Assembly: GCF_964355755.1 (NCBI RefSeq)
Contig: NC_092674.1
Coordinates: 806,001 to 870,000, forward strand
Reading direction: 5' to 3'
DNA length: 64,000 nt
DNA from: Antedon mediterranea
Taxonomy: Eukaryota > Animalia > Echinodermata
Shown: in pieces, positions 23,101 through 38,100 of the stretch
Numbering within the stretch: the first letter of the stretch is position 1
Layout: each line of letters starts with the position of its first letter
Position numbers and translations under genes: made by a program
Notes under the pieces: generated by a model
Told to the model about the DNA's origin: nothing
Seen by the model: the letters and a program-made list of their open reading frames with translations, nothing else
The model's database searches: none

Positions 23101-26100
23101 AACATTGCATCAGGAATTTGGCATTGGTACCTATATATTATGGAGGGAAGTCAATGGAGACTTTAGACAGCCTCTTTTCTTTGAGAAAGTTGCAAAAACA
23201 AATCTATTCCCTTGCTGCAAAATTTCATTTCGTGAATCTTTATTACCAGGTATAGCAGTGGATAGGAGATACTCTTCAACCCACAGACTAGGGATGGAAA
23301 GTATTGATGACAAATTGACTACCAGCACCAGAGAAACTATTAAAGTTGATTAGATGTACCTATAAATAAGGTTGTAGTAAAATGAATTGCCGTTGCAGAA
23401 AATATGGTTTGGACTGCTGTTCCACTATTTTTTAAGAATGCCACGGCATCAGCACATGCTCAATTCCCCACCAATAGATGGAGGATGAGATACTGACAAG
23501 ATGAAAGTGAAATTACCGCATTTATTTGAATAAATGCCCTTGGTGGTTGATTTTTAAGGAGGGTAGTGGGGGCGTGTAATCGTCGTGAGGAGTTTATTCG
23601 GAGAGGCGTATATTTTTGTGGGTGTAATGTGGGAAACGTGTATAATCAAATAAATACACCCTTTAGATATGAACAAATACAACACCATTCAGTGAATTCT
23701 ATTACAAATAGAGATGTGTTAAAATACAATATTGTGTATAATATGCATGTGGCGGGGCGTACATTCGAGGAAATAAATTCAAAATGATGTCCGATAGGAG
23801 CGGGGGAGGGGGTGCGGTGGCGTAGGTTATTCAAAATGATGTCCTATGGAGGGGGAGGGGGACATTTATTTGATTTTTCTAAATGTAGCGTTTATCCGAA
23901 TAAATACGGTAATAGATTGTGGCGCAAGGATTTTCCCGATGAGGGGGGGGGGGGGGAGAGGGGTGGAGAGCGCAGCCAGCATCAATTGGCTGGGCCGATA
24001 ATATTATACCAGTAAAGGGTAGTTTTACTCACTTTTAAAAATGAAAATCCTTGAAACAGAACTCAATGGGGTATTGTTTTATATTAGGAAATATCATCAT
24101 ATTATTGTCTATATACATAAAAAATAGCCAATTGTGGAGAGGGGATGGGGGGACGGACAGACTCCCTCACCCTTCCCATTTGATCTCCCATCCCTATACC
24201 CCTCCCCACTGGCACCACCAATGTTGTAATATATTGTTATAACAGTACAAATGTAAATGAACTGATTTATTAATAGACACCGTAATCCTATGTATTAAGC
24301 ATAGGAAGGACTGCGTTTTATATATTATTATAACAATAGGGATATATCTAGATACTTAAACATTTGTTTTTCGGCCATTTTCTAATTAACAGCACTTAAA
24401 ATAATGTGTTTATTGTAGGTCAGATCTTCGAAATTGTAAAGAAATATATAAACCATTGTAAAAACTGTTATAAAGTGGTAATTAGATCTATCATTTATGT
24501 TTTTTTGTCCTTTTTTAGGAATTTTCGCCATTGGCGGCCATTTTGTTTAAAAAAACCTATTTCCCCTACCTGGATTTTTCTAGACTTTTAGTATATTCAT
24601 ATAGGGACCTTATAGAAATGCATTGTGGTGAAATAAATTCTGTTGCAATTTTTTCAACCATATTTCATAGTTTTCCTGTACTAACACTTATCCATCCTAC
24701 ATCATCCATCCAATCACATCCCAGTAAGGATATTGTTGAGTAATATGATAGTTGAATTACAACATACATCATTTGTTTTTTGATAGTTTTGTAGTTAAAT
24801 ATGTACAGTTACTGTAATTGCCTCTCATATTGTGTGTGTGTATTGACCATGTTTTTCAATATCTTTATTGTGTGTGTATTGTCCATGTTTTTCAATATCT
24901 TTATTGTGTGTGTATTGCCCATGTTTTTCAATATCTTTATTGGGTGTGTATTGACATGTTTTTCAATATCTTTATTGTGTGTGCATTGCCCATGTTTTTC
25001 AATACTGTACCTTCATATTAAAAAGTCTACATTCAATGAGATGCATAAGAAATGTCTCAAGACAAATTTGTGACAGTAACATCCCCAGTAAACAGCAGCA
25101 TTTGCCGAATAGTTGGAGAGACTACAGCTGTAACCTGAGCCCAAGGAAATAGAGTGACGGCACACAATCAAAGGCTGTTTAATTTACATCACTGCAACCA
25201 AAACCAGTGCAAGATTGAGACCAATTGAACGGGCACAGCGGGAGCAACGACGATCCATTTACACATTGCCGAATTTATCCCAGAAAAATAAAATGATTTC
25301 TCACCGTAGATTGTGTTTTGATCTGACCTGGAATTAACTTTTGCCAGAAAACTCATTTAAATTTCCGTTATTTTTAGTTGGTATCTTTTGTTGCATAAAC
25401 ATGGCAATTGAGAGAAGGATATTGCTTTCAGAATGAGATGTTGATTTTGATAATGAATTTCTCCTTGTAAAGTGTTTGGAGATAATTTGATTATTCCTGC
25501 AGTTTGTACTTACAGTATTATGGTACCTGTACTGCATTTCAATTTGGTTTATGTTGGATTGTGTTTCACAAATTCTTTTTCTTAGAATTGGTAATGGTAT
25601 ATAAATAGTATCTGTATCAGGTTTTGTATTGAGGTATTACTGAAGAAGTACTGCATAGTGCATTGCTCGTAGAATGTTTTCACAAAATCGTGATTCCTCC
25701 AAGGAAACCAAGAACGTTTGGTTGACCACCAGATTTTTTAGTTGAACTTCCTAATATTTTCCCCCAAATTTTACCTTAAACTAGTTGAATGATTGTGATT
25801 TTTAACAATTTTAAGTATCACTTTTTTCTTTAGGATTTTGTAAGTACCTCTGATGGGAGTGAGTCATAATGTTTTATAGAAAGGTTCTCAAAATAATAAA
25901 ATGCATCGCAATCGGTGTAACGAAATAAAAAAACTTGCGATGATAACTCAATACAATTATCTACTGAGTGTGTAACTTAAACTCTTTTGCAATTAATTGT
26001 ACTCCTTGGGAATATCTATGATTTTATATTTAATTCTCAAATTTCATTCCAAATATGATTCTTCGTGATATTGTTTCTACAGTACAACTTTCCAATTATC

Positions 26101-29100
26101 ACGCTTTAATTCCATTCGTGTACGATTGTTTCGACAATGGGCATGCTAGCCCCAGTGGGAATTCCCAGTGGGTTTTTGATAACGTGTCAAGTATGCTCAT
26201 ACCAAACCAAAGACTTCTGGCCTAGAATAACATTATACGCATGCAGGGGAGCGTCCTGTCATTTCTTAATATCAACTGTACATGTTCATATAATACTGTA
26301 GTTCTATTTATTAGTTCATTGTTGACATTTCTGAAATTCTAACATTGAAATTGGATTTATCCTTGGGTAAATTGGAACTTAATTGCATTTTATAAGACCT
26401 ACCATTGAGCAGAGAATGGTTACAAAGGAAAACAAATTTGAAAAACAAAATGTTAAAAACAAGCTACAACAGTACATAGGCATGACATACAAGGTTCTCA
26501 TGAATGATACACGTTTTTAATCAAAAAATACTTTCAACTGTGTGAATAAACAGAAATTAATATAACAGGAAACCTATTACATTTACTGTATGAAGCGTAC
26601 ACAACATTTATATGGCCGTTTAAAGCAAGTTCTGTACTTGCAGATTATCTAGAGGATTCAGATTATATTAGACCTTCTGTACAGTAGGGTGTACTGTATA
26701 CAGGTAAAGTACTGGGTTGAATGTAGATGTATGATGGGTACAGTATGGTATTAAGTGCAAGTACAGTATGGTATTAAGTGCAAGTACAGTATGGTATTAA
26801 GTGCAAGTACAGTATGGTATTAAGTGCGGGTACAGTATGGTATTAAGTGCAAGTACAGTATGGTATTAAGTGCAAGTACAGTATGGTATTAAGTGCGGGT
26901 ACAGTATGGTATTAAGTGCAAGTACAGTATGGTATTAAGTGCAAGTACAGTATGGTATTAAGTGCAAGTACAGTATGGTATTAAGTGCAAGTACAGTATG
27001 GTATTAAGTGCAAGTACAGTATGGTATTAAGTGCAAGTACAGTATGGTATTAAGTGCAAGTACAGTATGGTATTAAGTGCAAGTACAGTATGGTATTAAG
27101 TGCAAGTACAGTATGGTATTAAGTGCAAGTACAGTATGGTATTAAGTTCAAGTACAGTATGGTATTAAGTGCAAGTACAGTATGGTATTAAGTGCAAGTA
27201 CAGTATGGTATTAAGTGCAAGTACAGTATGGTATTAAGTGCAAGTACAGTACTTCTTCAGGTTTGGTGTTTGGTAAAATCTTCCATTTTAATGCTCAGTA
27301 TATTTCTATATCACTACAAATGCTTCTGCAGATAATGAGAGAGATAGAATATAGTAGTTAACATTTATACTGCCTATATTTTCCATTCAAAATTAACAAT
27401 TACCATATTAACAGGTACTCTATAGAAACTTGTTCATGCATGTTTTGTTGTTCTGCTTTTGTTGCTTGATCAGTTAGGTGGAAAATTGCATTAACCATCA
27501 GATGTAAAGTTCTTCTGTACATCACAATTTATTGTCCTTGTTCCAGAGATTGTCAATTATATAATGGAAAAACTGCTGGTGTATCTAAAGTATCCATCAG
27601 TAATCGCAGGTATATTTATAGTTTACTACACATTGCAACCAAAAGACTGGAACCTTGATTCATTTTAGTTGACTTAACTGGGGAATGTCACTTTCACGAT
27701 ATAGAATATAGTCTCAATAAATAGACAAAATGAAAAATTTGTGTTTTTTGTAATTATTAAGTAGTTTTCTTTAAATGGTGAACATGGGTCATCTACTTTA
27801 AGTCTCTGTGAGACGTTATCAGAAGCAAGCAATCTTGACATGGTAGGACAGAATTCAAATTTTAAAACTAATTCCATTAGATTTTCAACGAAAATTTAAA
27901 AATTCAAAATGCATAGAATTGCTGATGAAATACTGTAGCATATTTGGTATGTTTTCTTTAATTTTGTAGAAGAATGATACATGATATCTGATCAATCTTG
28001 TAGGAATCTTGAAATACACTTACTGATTTATGTTTTATCAATAATTACAGTATGAAGTTTGTCTTCTAAGAATATTCCTGAATAACTGAACGTCAAAATA
28101 TGAAATTCATCATTTGTACACAAATACCAACTCATCAATCAGTTCAATTATTTGACAACAGCAGTGCTAGTTAGCATATCAAATTATATTTCTTTAAAAA
28201 GTGAACAATATTCAGTAATAATATTAAATGAATTAAATGTAAATTATAATCCTAACTGTATAGTAATTTTAGTAATATTGTAAGAGTCCACTATTAATTT
28301 GTAATACTGTAAATTAATATACAGTATATAATAATGATAATTTACAGTATCTTTAGAAAAGTGGGATAATCCAATTATGATTCTATAATTGTGAACTTTA
28401 TTTGTTCATCTTTGGTCATACAAATACATTTTTCTAATTCATGAATATAATTACAGTACCTACAATTATTAAACTTTAGTACACCAACTAACAGTATTCC
28501 GATGTACTATTTAGTAAGTCTTTATAATTTGCTTATTTTCCAAATCTATCCAAAATATTTATGTTTGATAGTGTTTTACAATATTCTAAGTGTTTGTGAA
28601 AACTGTAATAAGTTCACGTCAACACAAACATCCTGTGCCCAAATCATCTTCGTTTAATCTACGTTCCTGTCGTGATGTTTGCCAAGTATTCAATTGCCAT
28701 TACTCTAATCGTAACGCAAACTCTTGAACAAACACCATACTATTGTCTTGTTTGCTTGGACTCGGATAAAAATGTGAAACAGGTGAAGTAAAGTATGTGT
28801 CATATCTAGTTTATATATTTAACCATGGTCTGTGGTTTAATTTGCTAAAAGTATGGCTGTTGGCCAGAGTATATTGCACTCAGCCCTATATAGTCCCTCA
28901 GTTAATCTGACTTGTCTTTCCTTAACACATATGTATGTTAAAACATGTACAGTAGACTACAAGATACCAACATTTTGAACCAGTACTTCACCATTTATAT
29001 AAATTAGAGTAGTACTACTGTACCTGTACTTTGAACTTACTGTACTGTACCTTAGATATGTATTATGTACTGTACAGTATCTACAGTATTAATTATCAAT

Positions 29101-32100
29101 TAGTTCCCAAATATAGCTTGGTCTTTTTCAATTATATTATATTTTATTTATTTCCTTCCTTTTATTGCATCAAGTAAACAGTGATGAAGTTGACATAAAT
29201 ATTTGAAAAAAAGTATACAAAAAAAACAAAAACCAAACAAGTTACTAAAATATATCATAGTCCACAAATCAGTCTTTCAATGGTCATCATAGTACATCCA
29301 GCAACACAAACAAAAATGGGTTTACAATTTGCTTATCATAACTCAGTTCCTGATCATTCACCAATCATTGAAAACTACGTGGAAAGTAATGAAGTTTTTT
29401 GTGCGTTGTGTCCTGACTTAACCAGTTCACTGCCACACTGCAGTACTTTCCTGTAGAATTAGTATTATTTTGATCACAGTTTACATTGCGATAGTCTGTA
29501 TTTCAAACTACTTATCAATGTTAGATAGGATGTTTTTGTCACAGGTCAGTGAGCAAGAGGTCAAAGTTTTCTAACCATTCTCATGTATCCTGCAGATTTT
29601 TTAGAAATGTTTTGAAGCAGTAACTAAGCTAGAAATGTTCAATAGTTTATGATAGACGAGATTATAGAATTAACTGGTCCATTTCATATTCACCATTGGT
29701 GTATGACTTGACCTGATTTCAAATAGATATTGACGTGACCCAAAAGTTAAGAAGCTTACATTTATTTAATTTATACATTCTACTAGTACTAACCCAGTTA
29801 TTGTACAACATTCTTAGAACATTCAAGTTTATTCAGCTGCTTGTAAATGTTTAGTGATGTTTTTGTAATTAATCACTTAAATGTATCATCATTATGTCAT
29901 TTAAGAAAGTAGTCTCTGATAAAAGATAATGCTCAATGTAGAATTATAAATTTCAGTGGGTGATTACAATTTGCCATTATAGTCTTGTTTGAACTTGTGT
30001 TATTATAGTAATATTTTTTTTGTCTTATGTAGGATCGACCCACTTTTATTTCTTCATCAATAAAATGTTCGTTTACAATGAGTACATTGAGCACATGAGT
30101 AATGTAATGATACAATACAATATAATTGACATTAACTAACTTTCAGTACAACTGATATCTCACTCCTACCATTGCATTTTATATATAATAGTATAAGGAA
30201 AGAAAAAAAAAATTCCTCTATGTTATACACTCTTTACACGTTTTTCAATCCTTAACAATGTACGTATAATTTACCACAGAATTCTTAATTTTATAACTCT
30301 TTTTATCTCTTTCAGGCCATTAAAAAAAAAAAAAAAAAAAAAAAGTTATATTTTACTTTACCTAAATATCAATTTTATAAACGTTAATTTTATACCTTGC
30401 TAAATTGTTACGGTCCATATCTGACCACATTTTTTTTGCCTTTTCTTTATTTATTAAAAACTCACAATTGATTATATCTTCTAACTCCGCAGTGAACATT
30501 AACCATGGACATTTTTTAACAAGTCCTAGTCTGTGTTTGACTTTATTTTTATAAACACAGAAAGTTAAAATGGAAAATATTTCATTAATTTTGACATCAT
30601 ATTTTCCAAGTAAAATTTTCTCCCATGTAACTTCCTGAGTAAATGCAAAACATGTTTTCAACATAGCGCAACATTTTACCCAGCAATGTTTTACTTCTTT
30701 GCATGTAAATAACATATGCTTTTCATTTTCAACCTCCTCATTACAATATTCACAATAATTACTGTTTGACAAATTCCATAATTTTAGCTTACACCTAGTT
30801 GGTAAAATTTTATGTAGCAACTTAAAATTAAAGAAAGCCACTCTTTTTATGTGCAACATACTCTTAACTTTGTTTTTCCAACATAGATTCCAGTCGATAA
30901 AACAATTTTGAAGTTGGTTTTCCCATTTATCTTGTGCTTTTGGTATGCACGCTTTATATGCTACCTCGGTAAAAGTGAAATAGAATTGTTTGACAGTTGT
31001 ATAATTTGAAGTAACATTAACATTTTTGTCTATTGTATCAACCTCTTTATGTATATAACAATAGGGTTTCTCAACCACTATAACTTTCCAGTTTCTTGGA
31101 ATAGCGTCAATTAGTGCCATATATTTTAAAAATGCATTTTCCCTTCGTTTCAACAGTGGAGTTATTTCATTAATATGCTTAAATCTAGACTTATCCATAA
31201 TATCTCCTACTGTTTTTATACCTGATTTCACCCAAGATTTACAGAATAGTGATTTTTTGTTATGCATGACATATATATTCTCCCATAACCTCTGAGTTTT
31301 TATTTCACATATACATTGAGGTTTTTTAGTATAAATATTATTAAACCGTATGCAGGCTTTAAGCAAATTTATATAGAATGTATTCACATATTTGAGTGCA
31401 TTATGCTTCTCAAAGTTTGCTTCCGTCATACTTAATGTATAATCAATTGGATATAAATTGTATAATGGAATACATTTCCACTTTCCTGGATCCGGGCTTA
31501 GTAAACGTTTTACCCAGCCTAACTTTAAAGATTCAATCATAGAGTTAAAGTCTATCATTTTAATCCCACCATTTTCAATGTTTTGTATCAGAGTATTTCT
31601 TTTAATTTTTTCTTTATTACCACTCCATAAAAAGTTGTATAAAATCTTGTTTATTTCAGGAATAATAGATTTTGGCAAGTCTGTGACACTTGCATTATAA
31701 ATAGGTTTTGATAACGCTAGCGTTTTAATTACCGTTATTTTCCCAAAGGATGATATTTTTCTTTTTTCCCAAGTTTTAAGGATCTTTTTTAGATTTTCAA
31801 TTTTCTCATACCAATTTTTTGTATTGCAAATATCCTTATCATAACCAATGTAAATATAGTAATATTATACAGTAAGGACTAAACCTTTCCAAGACTTGTT
31901 GACCTGGTTTCTTTAGAGAGTACTATGCTTAGCTATCAACTTGCAAACTTGTGCTCAGTATTGGGTCTCAACATTTAATTTGCATATCATTGACCTCATT
32001 TGCATATTTAGATATCATGCTTTCATGAGGTCATATGAAAATGCCTGTACCCTGAGGCTACCCATATTGAGCTGTCTATCTCAATTGAATTCAAATATGG

Positions 32101-35100
32101 CCACTATAAGATTTTGCATTCTTCAACATCACAGAACGAGAAGGACTTGCCGGTACAGATTATACTGTACTTGTTGTAATGGAACTGTGTAAATATTTTA
32201 GAGGTGCTTACAGTGCATTACCTGTAAAGATATTGTGCATTATCAAGGTTTACTGTAGATAAAACTATAATCTCCGATTAAAATTTTTTTTTATCGTTTT
32301 TAAGCATCATTCTATCTTTTAATCATACAATTTTCAAAGCGATTTTTTTTTTTATTTTCCATTTTAAAGTCAAGCATATTGCAGCTTTTTCAGAGGATTA
32401 ACATGGATTTAGTACAGGGTGAATATCTACGTGTAGATACAAAGTGCAAAATATTGAGTTGTCTTGTATTTACCATTGTTTATGATTTAGATAGCCATGA
32501 TTATTCTTTTGTGCAGGTGTGACGATTAACTTAGCTTAACAAGAATAACAACTGGTATTTTTTAGGCACCTAACACTTCATAAATTAATTAATGTCTATG
32601 GTTGTAATGTGAGAAAGTATTGCATTGTATTGTTTCAATGCTCTGAACAGCCACTGTACTGTAGTTGTTAATATCAACAGTATCATGGCTCATCTCATTG
32701 TACAGTACATATGGTATATCATCCTAGTTTAATATTTTGCCAGTAATGTCTATGTTTCTCTAGACTGCTACAAATACTAGAGCTTCAGGAAAAACATGTC
32801 TCAACTTGATTCAAGCAAATCAGTTAACCAATTAGTCACTTCTAATTAGCATGTTGTAATTGTTTATTGATCATTTTGTTATACCTGTTTATCACTTCAT
32901 TAAAAAAACATACTTGTTGGCATTATTTCACAGACAAATGGAAACAATACTGTATGTACCAAACCAACAGAATGTGTACTTCTACTGTATACTGTATTAT
33001 TATACTTGTCTGGTTATGACTTTTAAAGTACATTTTATTAATGTATAATGAGGTCATTGTATGGTGATGAACTAAGTTATTGTTAGATGACTGTGTAATG
33101 TCATTTAAAAACATATTCAAGAAACATTAATGTATTCAAATGATATAGTACATTTACCCTTATGTTCTAATTTATGTTCCAGATTATGAACAATCAAAAA
33201 CAGTATTACATATTTTAGACATTTAAACTTTATGATTAATTACCTCATAAAGTTGTTTTACAATAAACTTTACCTACAGCGAGTTTTTGATTAATAGATG
33301 TTTTTGTTTACCATTATTTTATTCTGACACTAGTGGTAGAAGTTGCTTCATAACAAAAGCTGAAGAATTCAAATTTACAACCAAAAGCAGTGATTTAACA
33401 GCAGAAAATCATAAACAAATGTCTAATAGGAATAGCAAGGAAGACCACACTTTGGTTGTGAGAATACTTTAGTTTGCCATTATTGTATGCTGATGTTGAT
33501 TTATCACAGCTCACACAATAGGCTGCTTGCATTTTGTTGTTTGTGTAGCCTTTTAACAACATAGTTCACCACACTGAATATGGAAACAATGTTTTACCCC
33601 ATAGTCTTGGTGACTGACTGATTGATAGCTACAGTATGTATTTGTGGTCCAGTTAAAATGTAGAAGTGTATTTAATAATGATGTCATTCTTTAAAATAAA
33701 TGTCTTTTGAATTGAATTTAAATTTTGTTCCATAAAGTAATTTGATTATCAAATATTCAAATTAGAAGTCTATGGTACAAAATGTATAATATTTTATAGT
33801 GTTCCAGGGATTCAAGATTTAAAAAATGATTGGTCCACTAAATGAAATGAGAATTCAGGATTGTAGCTAGAAAAGTAATTATAATAAACTTATGGGTGTA
33901 TGGATAAAAAAAATATAAAACAGTACTTTTAGGCACGTAAACTTAAGTTGTTTTGGGTTGGTTCTTATGAGGCCAAACATGCTTTAGGCTGGTTGTCTCC
34001 ATCTAGCACAATTATCCTTACATCCATTTACCCTAACAACTGTTTGATGGTACACTGATTAAATGTGACTGAATGAATTCTGTTGCAATCAGCATGGTTC
34101 AGTCTTTGTCTACTTCTTATTCTGCTGCCAATTTAAATCTGTCTAGTGGCTTATGTGGTTTTTGACTATTTTGTCTCAAATTGGTTAATTGTCATGTTTT
34201 GTCATTAGTACCTCTTTCACCTGCTGATGGTAAACCTCACCAACGTCATTAATAGCAATCAATGGTAGTAGAAGAACACTTTCAATAGTTTGCATCTGTG
34301 CTTATAGACTAGTAGATTAATCAACACTCCTCACTACTGTATGATCTACATTTACACAACTGTGTAAGGCATTATGATGAGTCATGTTAATATGCTAGTA
34401 CCTTTTGTGAAATACAGTACAGACTCTTAACATGGGGTAAAACATGATATGTCTGTGTACATACTGTATGAACAGACCGTTGTTCACTTTTAGCTGCCAG
34501 ATTATCTTGCTGCTGCTCCGCTTATGATTCTCCTTCCTTTTCTCATAACAGAATATTAATCCTTTAAAATTATGACCATTGAATTGATGTAATAAAAGTT
34601 GATGAGAAATTTAAAAAAAATGAAACACTTGTGTCTTCACCTCTTCTTTTAATTTACGTGAAGAAAGTTAAAGTTTGATTTATTCTTTCCTGTAACTTTC
34701 CCTTTTCTGTGCTATGCTGTGAAGATAATAAAATGATGATGAGTTCCTATATACATATTGACCATGTTTGTCTGCCCCTTCCTTCGTATTTTCCCCCAAG
34801 CAATCTTCCCCCTGGCAACGTTACCCAAACATAATTACCGGTACCTCATTTTCGTGTCGGTAAGCACAAAAGACTTCTAATCCCACTCTGACTTCCTTTT
34901 CAGTTTTGTCACAATATTCATCTGTTTTGTTTAAAATCCCAACCAGCTGTCTACTGGGTTTTGTGCACTGATTAATCATTCATTTCAAAGGCAGTTCTTT
35001 TGGAATAATATATTATTTTTCACAGTGAAGAATATCACACTGTATATATGAGAACAATTATTCGATTGATGAATCCTTTTAAGAATAAGAACTTAATGAA

Positions 35101-38100
35101 AATGTACCGTATATTGTTGGTTTCAATGAAACACAGAAAAAAAAGTACAGCTCTGTCTACACTATCAAACTAGTTTGACAAAAAAAGTCTGAGGGTAGTG
35201 ATATGACATCATCATGTCCATATATGGGCACATCACATTTTCTTGTCACATACAGTTTGATAGTGTAGACAGAGCTTTAAAATATATTATTTAAATTTAT
35301 CAAAACTATAACCGGAGGATTTAATATCATCTGTAGACACAATGGATATATATCACAGTCCTAATAGTCTAATGTATTCTCAACTACTCTTATCAGGTTG
35401 TTCCTATCTTGACTCCTTGGTATACTTTCAGCAATAAAGTGTTAAGTTTGTTTATGGAATTGGTAATATAAAATAAGGTACATGTAAACAAGAGTACTGC
35501 TAATGAGGCCAGCGGGGAAGATCAAGAATGTCAAAAGCTAATTTAATGGTTATAAATTGTAGACCTTGATCTCAAGAAAGTACTTGTATGTGTTCACACA
35601 CTGTAGTTTAAGCATGGAGCTAACAACAAGCCTCAAGATTAAAGTCTGTTCACACGTGAAAGATGCTATTATGAATAAAGAAAAATAAATTAAAACAGTA
35701 ACAGTAAATTGGTTTGTTCTTAAATGCAAATTTGTGATTTTGATTCTCAGGCTATAAATATTGTTATTCATCTTAACCATTGTAGCATATAAATGAAGTC
35801 ACAAATTTTAATTAACCTATAATTGACTGCTTACTTTACTTGCGTATGAGTCTATATCCCTAAAGCATGTGTTCCAATTAAGTATGATGATCCTAGTAAT
35901 GTATATTGTATCAAGATATTATAATTGAAATATGTCACACTTTCTATAAAGACTGTCGGATAACTTGAATCTAGCTTAGAATTCAATTTGAAATCAAAAT
36001 GGCTAAATTAAAATTTTCCATTGGTATTTATTGTTTTTTCTCTTATTGGTCTAATTTATATAAACACATGTTTAGAGAATATAAACCAATCTTTCATCAA
36101 ATATGTTTAAATGTGAATGAATGTCTATTTTTGGATTTCCACTTTCAGGTGTTTCATAAAATGTTTTTTTTTTCTGTAGTCTGGCATTAGACATGTTTTA
36201 TTTCCTTTTCTCTCTTTGAACTTAAACAGTGGCGTTTATTTACACAAGAGGGTATTTTATAGGACACATCCAGTGCTTTATGACACATCTTGTTCCTATC
36301 TGTTGTTTTAGCAGTGTTCTGTATATTATTCTGTACACCACAGGTATTCATTGATGGCTAAACCTTCCTTTTGTAAATGTTAAAATTCCTAACTTATGTG
36401 TGTAAAGTCATTCTGTTGAAATATATGTACATTACACATGTTTATTTATTGAGACTACTTCATGATCACCTTTAAACTCTGGAATATTTAAACAGTTCTC
36501 TTTTGGTGTAAATATTGTACTGATATCTTGGTGATGTCTAGTCCCAATCAAAGAAATTACTCATTTACTTTCCTTTATACTTCCAGATCATTTTCCTTCT
36601 AATCTGATGTGCTTCAAGTCTGTTCTGAACTATTCATACCAGATAAATGCACATTTACATACTTTAGTAATCACCATACAATAATTAGTCTAAAGTCTGG
36701 AATTCTTAATTCTACCAATAGGTAGACTTAACTACCACAAATTGAAATCGAGCCCTACTTAATTACCTCTACAATTTGTTAGATAAAGAAATATAAGCCA
36801 TACTCAGCAATGTAATGAGGTTAAAAAGGAAGTTTAAAATGGTGTATTGACAATGGTTAAGTAAAACAGACACAACAGGGCTGTCATTGTATGTATCCTG
36901 TAGGAAGTGGTTTACAAATCAATTTAAATTTAATTGGAAAGAGTACCATTGCCAAGGATACCAATTTTGGTAATTTCAAATTCAGCCTGTTCATGCAGTT
37001 TTTGAAAATGTGACATCATTGCTTAACATCATAATATACTCATTATGCAAATGTGCCCATCGTATTTTATTATTTGCTCTTTTTACAATTAAATTTAAAC
37101 AAATTACATTTTCAAACTTTGTGATTGAAATGTGGAATTATCCTTATTTATATAATATTAGCCTACCTGACGATGGAATAATGCATTCCAAAAGCTTGAC
37201 ACTTTCTTAAATTCTGCCTGTTTAATTATATACCAATTTGATTTAGCTTTTTCTTGTATCTTTAGTTAGTGTATTGAGATCCAGTCACTGATATCCACAG
37301 CATTGTAATTTGCTTTTGGATTATTGTAATCTATAATAAATAAATAATTGTGTTGTTATTTTATATTTTGCAGGTTACTTTCTAGAATTACTAGATCAGT
37401 CAGAAAGTGACTTCACTAAAATGTTTGAACATACATATGGGGATCTGTATAAAGACCATAAAGATATTTTCAGCGATCTTTACGTGGATCTTCGCCAATT
37501 CTACCAAGGCAAAATTGATGATCTGGAAAAAGCTTTGGATGATTTTTTTGGAAGTCTTTTACTTAAAATGTTTACGTTACTTAATCCTGGAGTGCACTCA
37601 GATGAGTTCATGGTCTGTATTACCGAAAATATGGATGAACTTAAACCTTTTGGAACGATACCAGAAGCGCTGTCGACGCAAATGAGGCGGTCTTTAAATG
37701 CAGCTAGAACGTATGTTCAAGGTTTGGATGCGGCTCGTGACATCGTCATAAAGGCGACAAAGGTATTGTATTGTCGTCATGCAGTTTGTTTGTTTATTTA
37801 TAGTTATCCCAGATCCTGAAATATTGTTTTTATTTTCAATTCACAAGCTGTTATTAAATAAAGAAGTTTCTTTATGTTTATCAAATGTTGAACATAAATA
37901 ATTTTTCCAAACATACAGATCACAACTGTAGATCGAATAATAATGGAGGCATGATTTTAAAATCTATGAAAAGAATAAACCAACACACAAACTGTAAAAG
38001 AATATAGTTTGTTTAAATCCAAAAATAAATGTGGCAGCAGCGTTGGATATGAAAGCACTCATCATGATGCACTGCCAAGTGCCTGGATTCCAGTGATTTT

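Noticed and set aside
26738-27251. Regular short repeat arrays (also at 20729, 53870, 55530, 63526) as CRISPR arrays
   Set aside because: Units are contiguous with no unique spacers, there are no cas genes, and the context is a eukaryotic intron.
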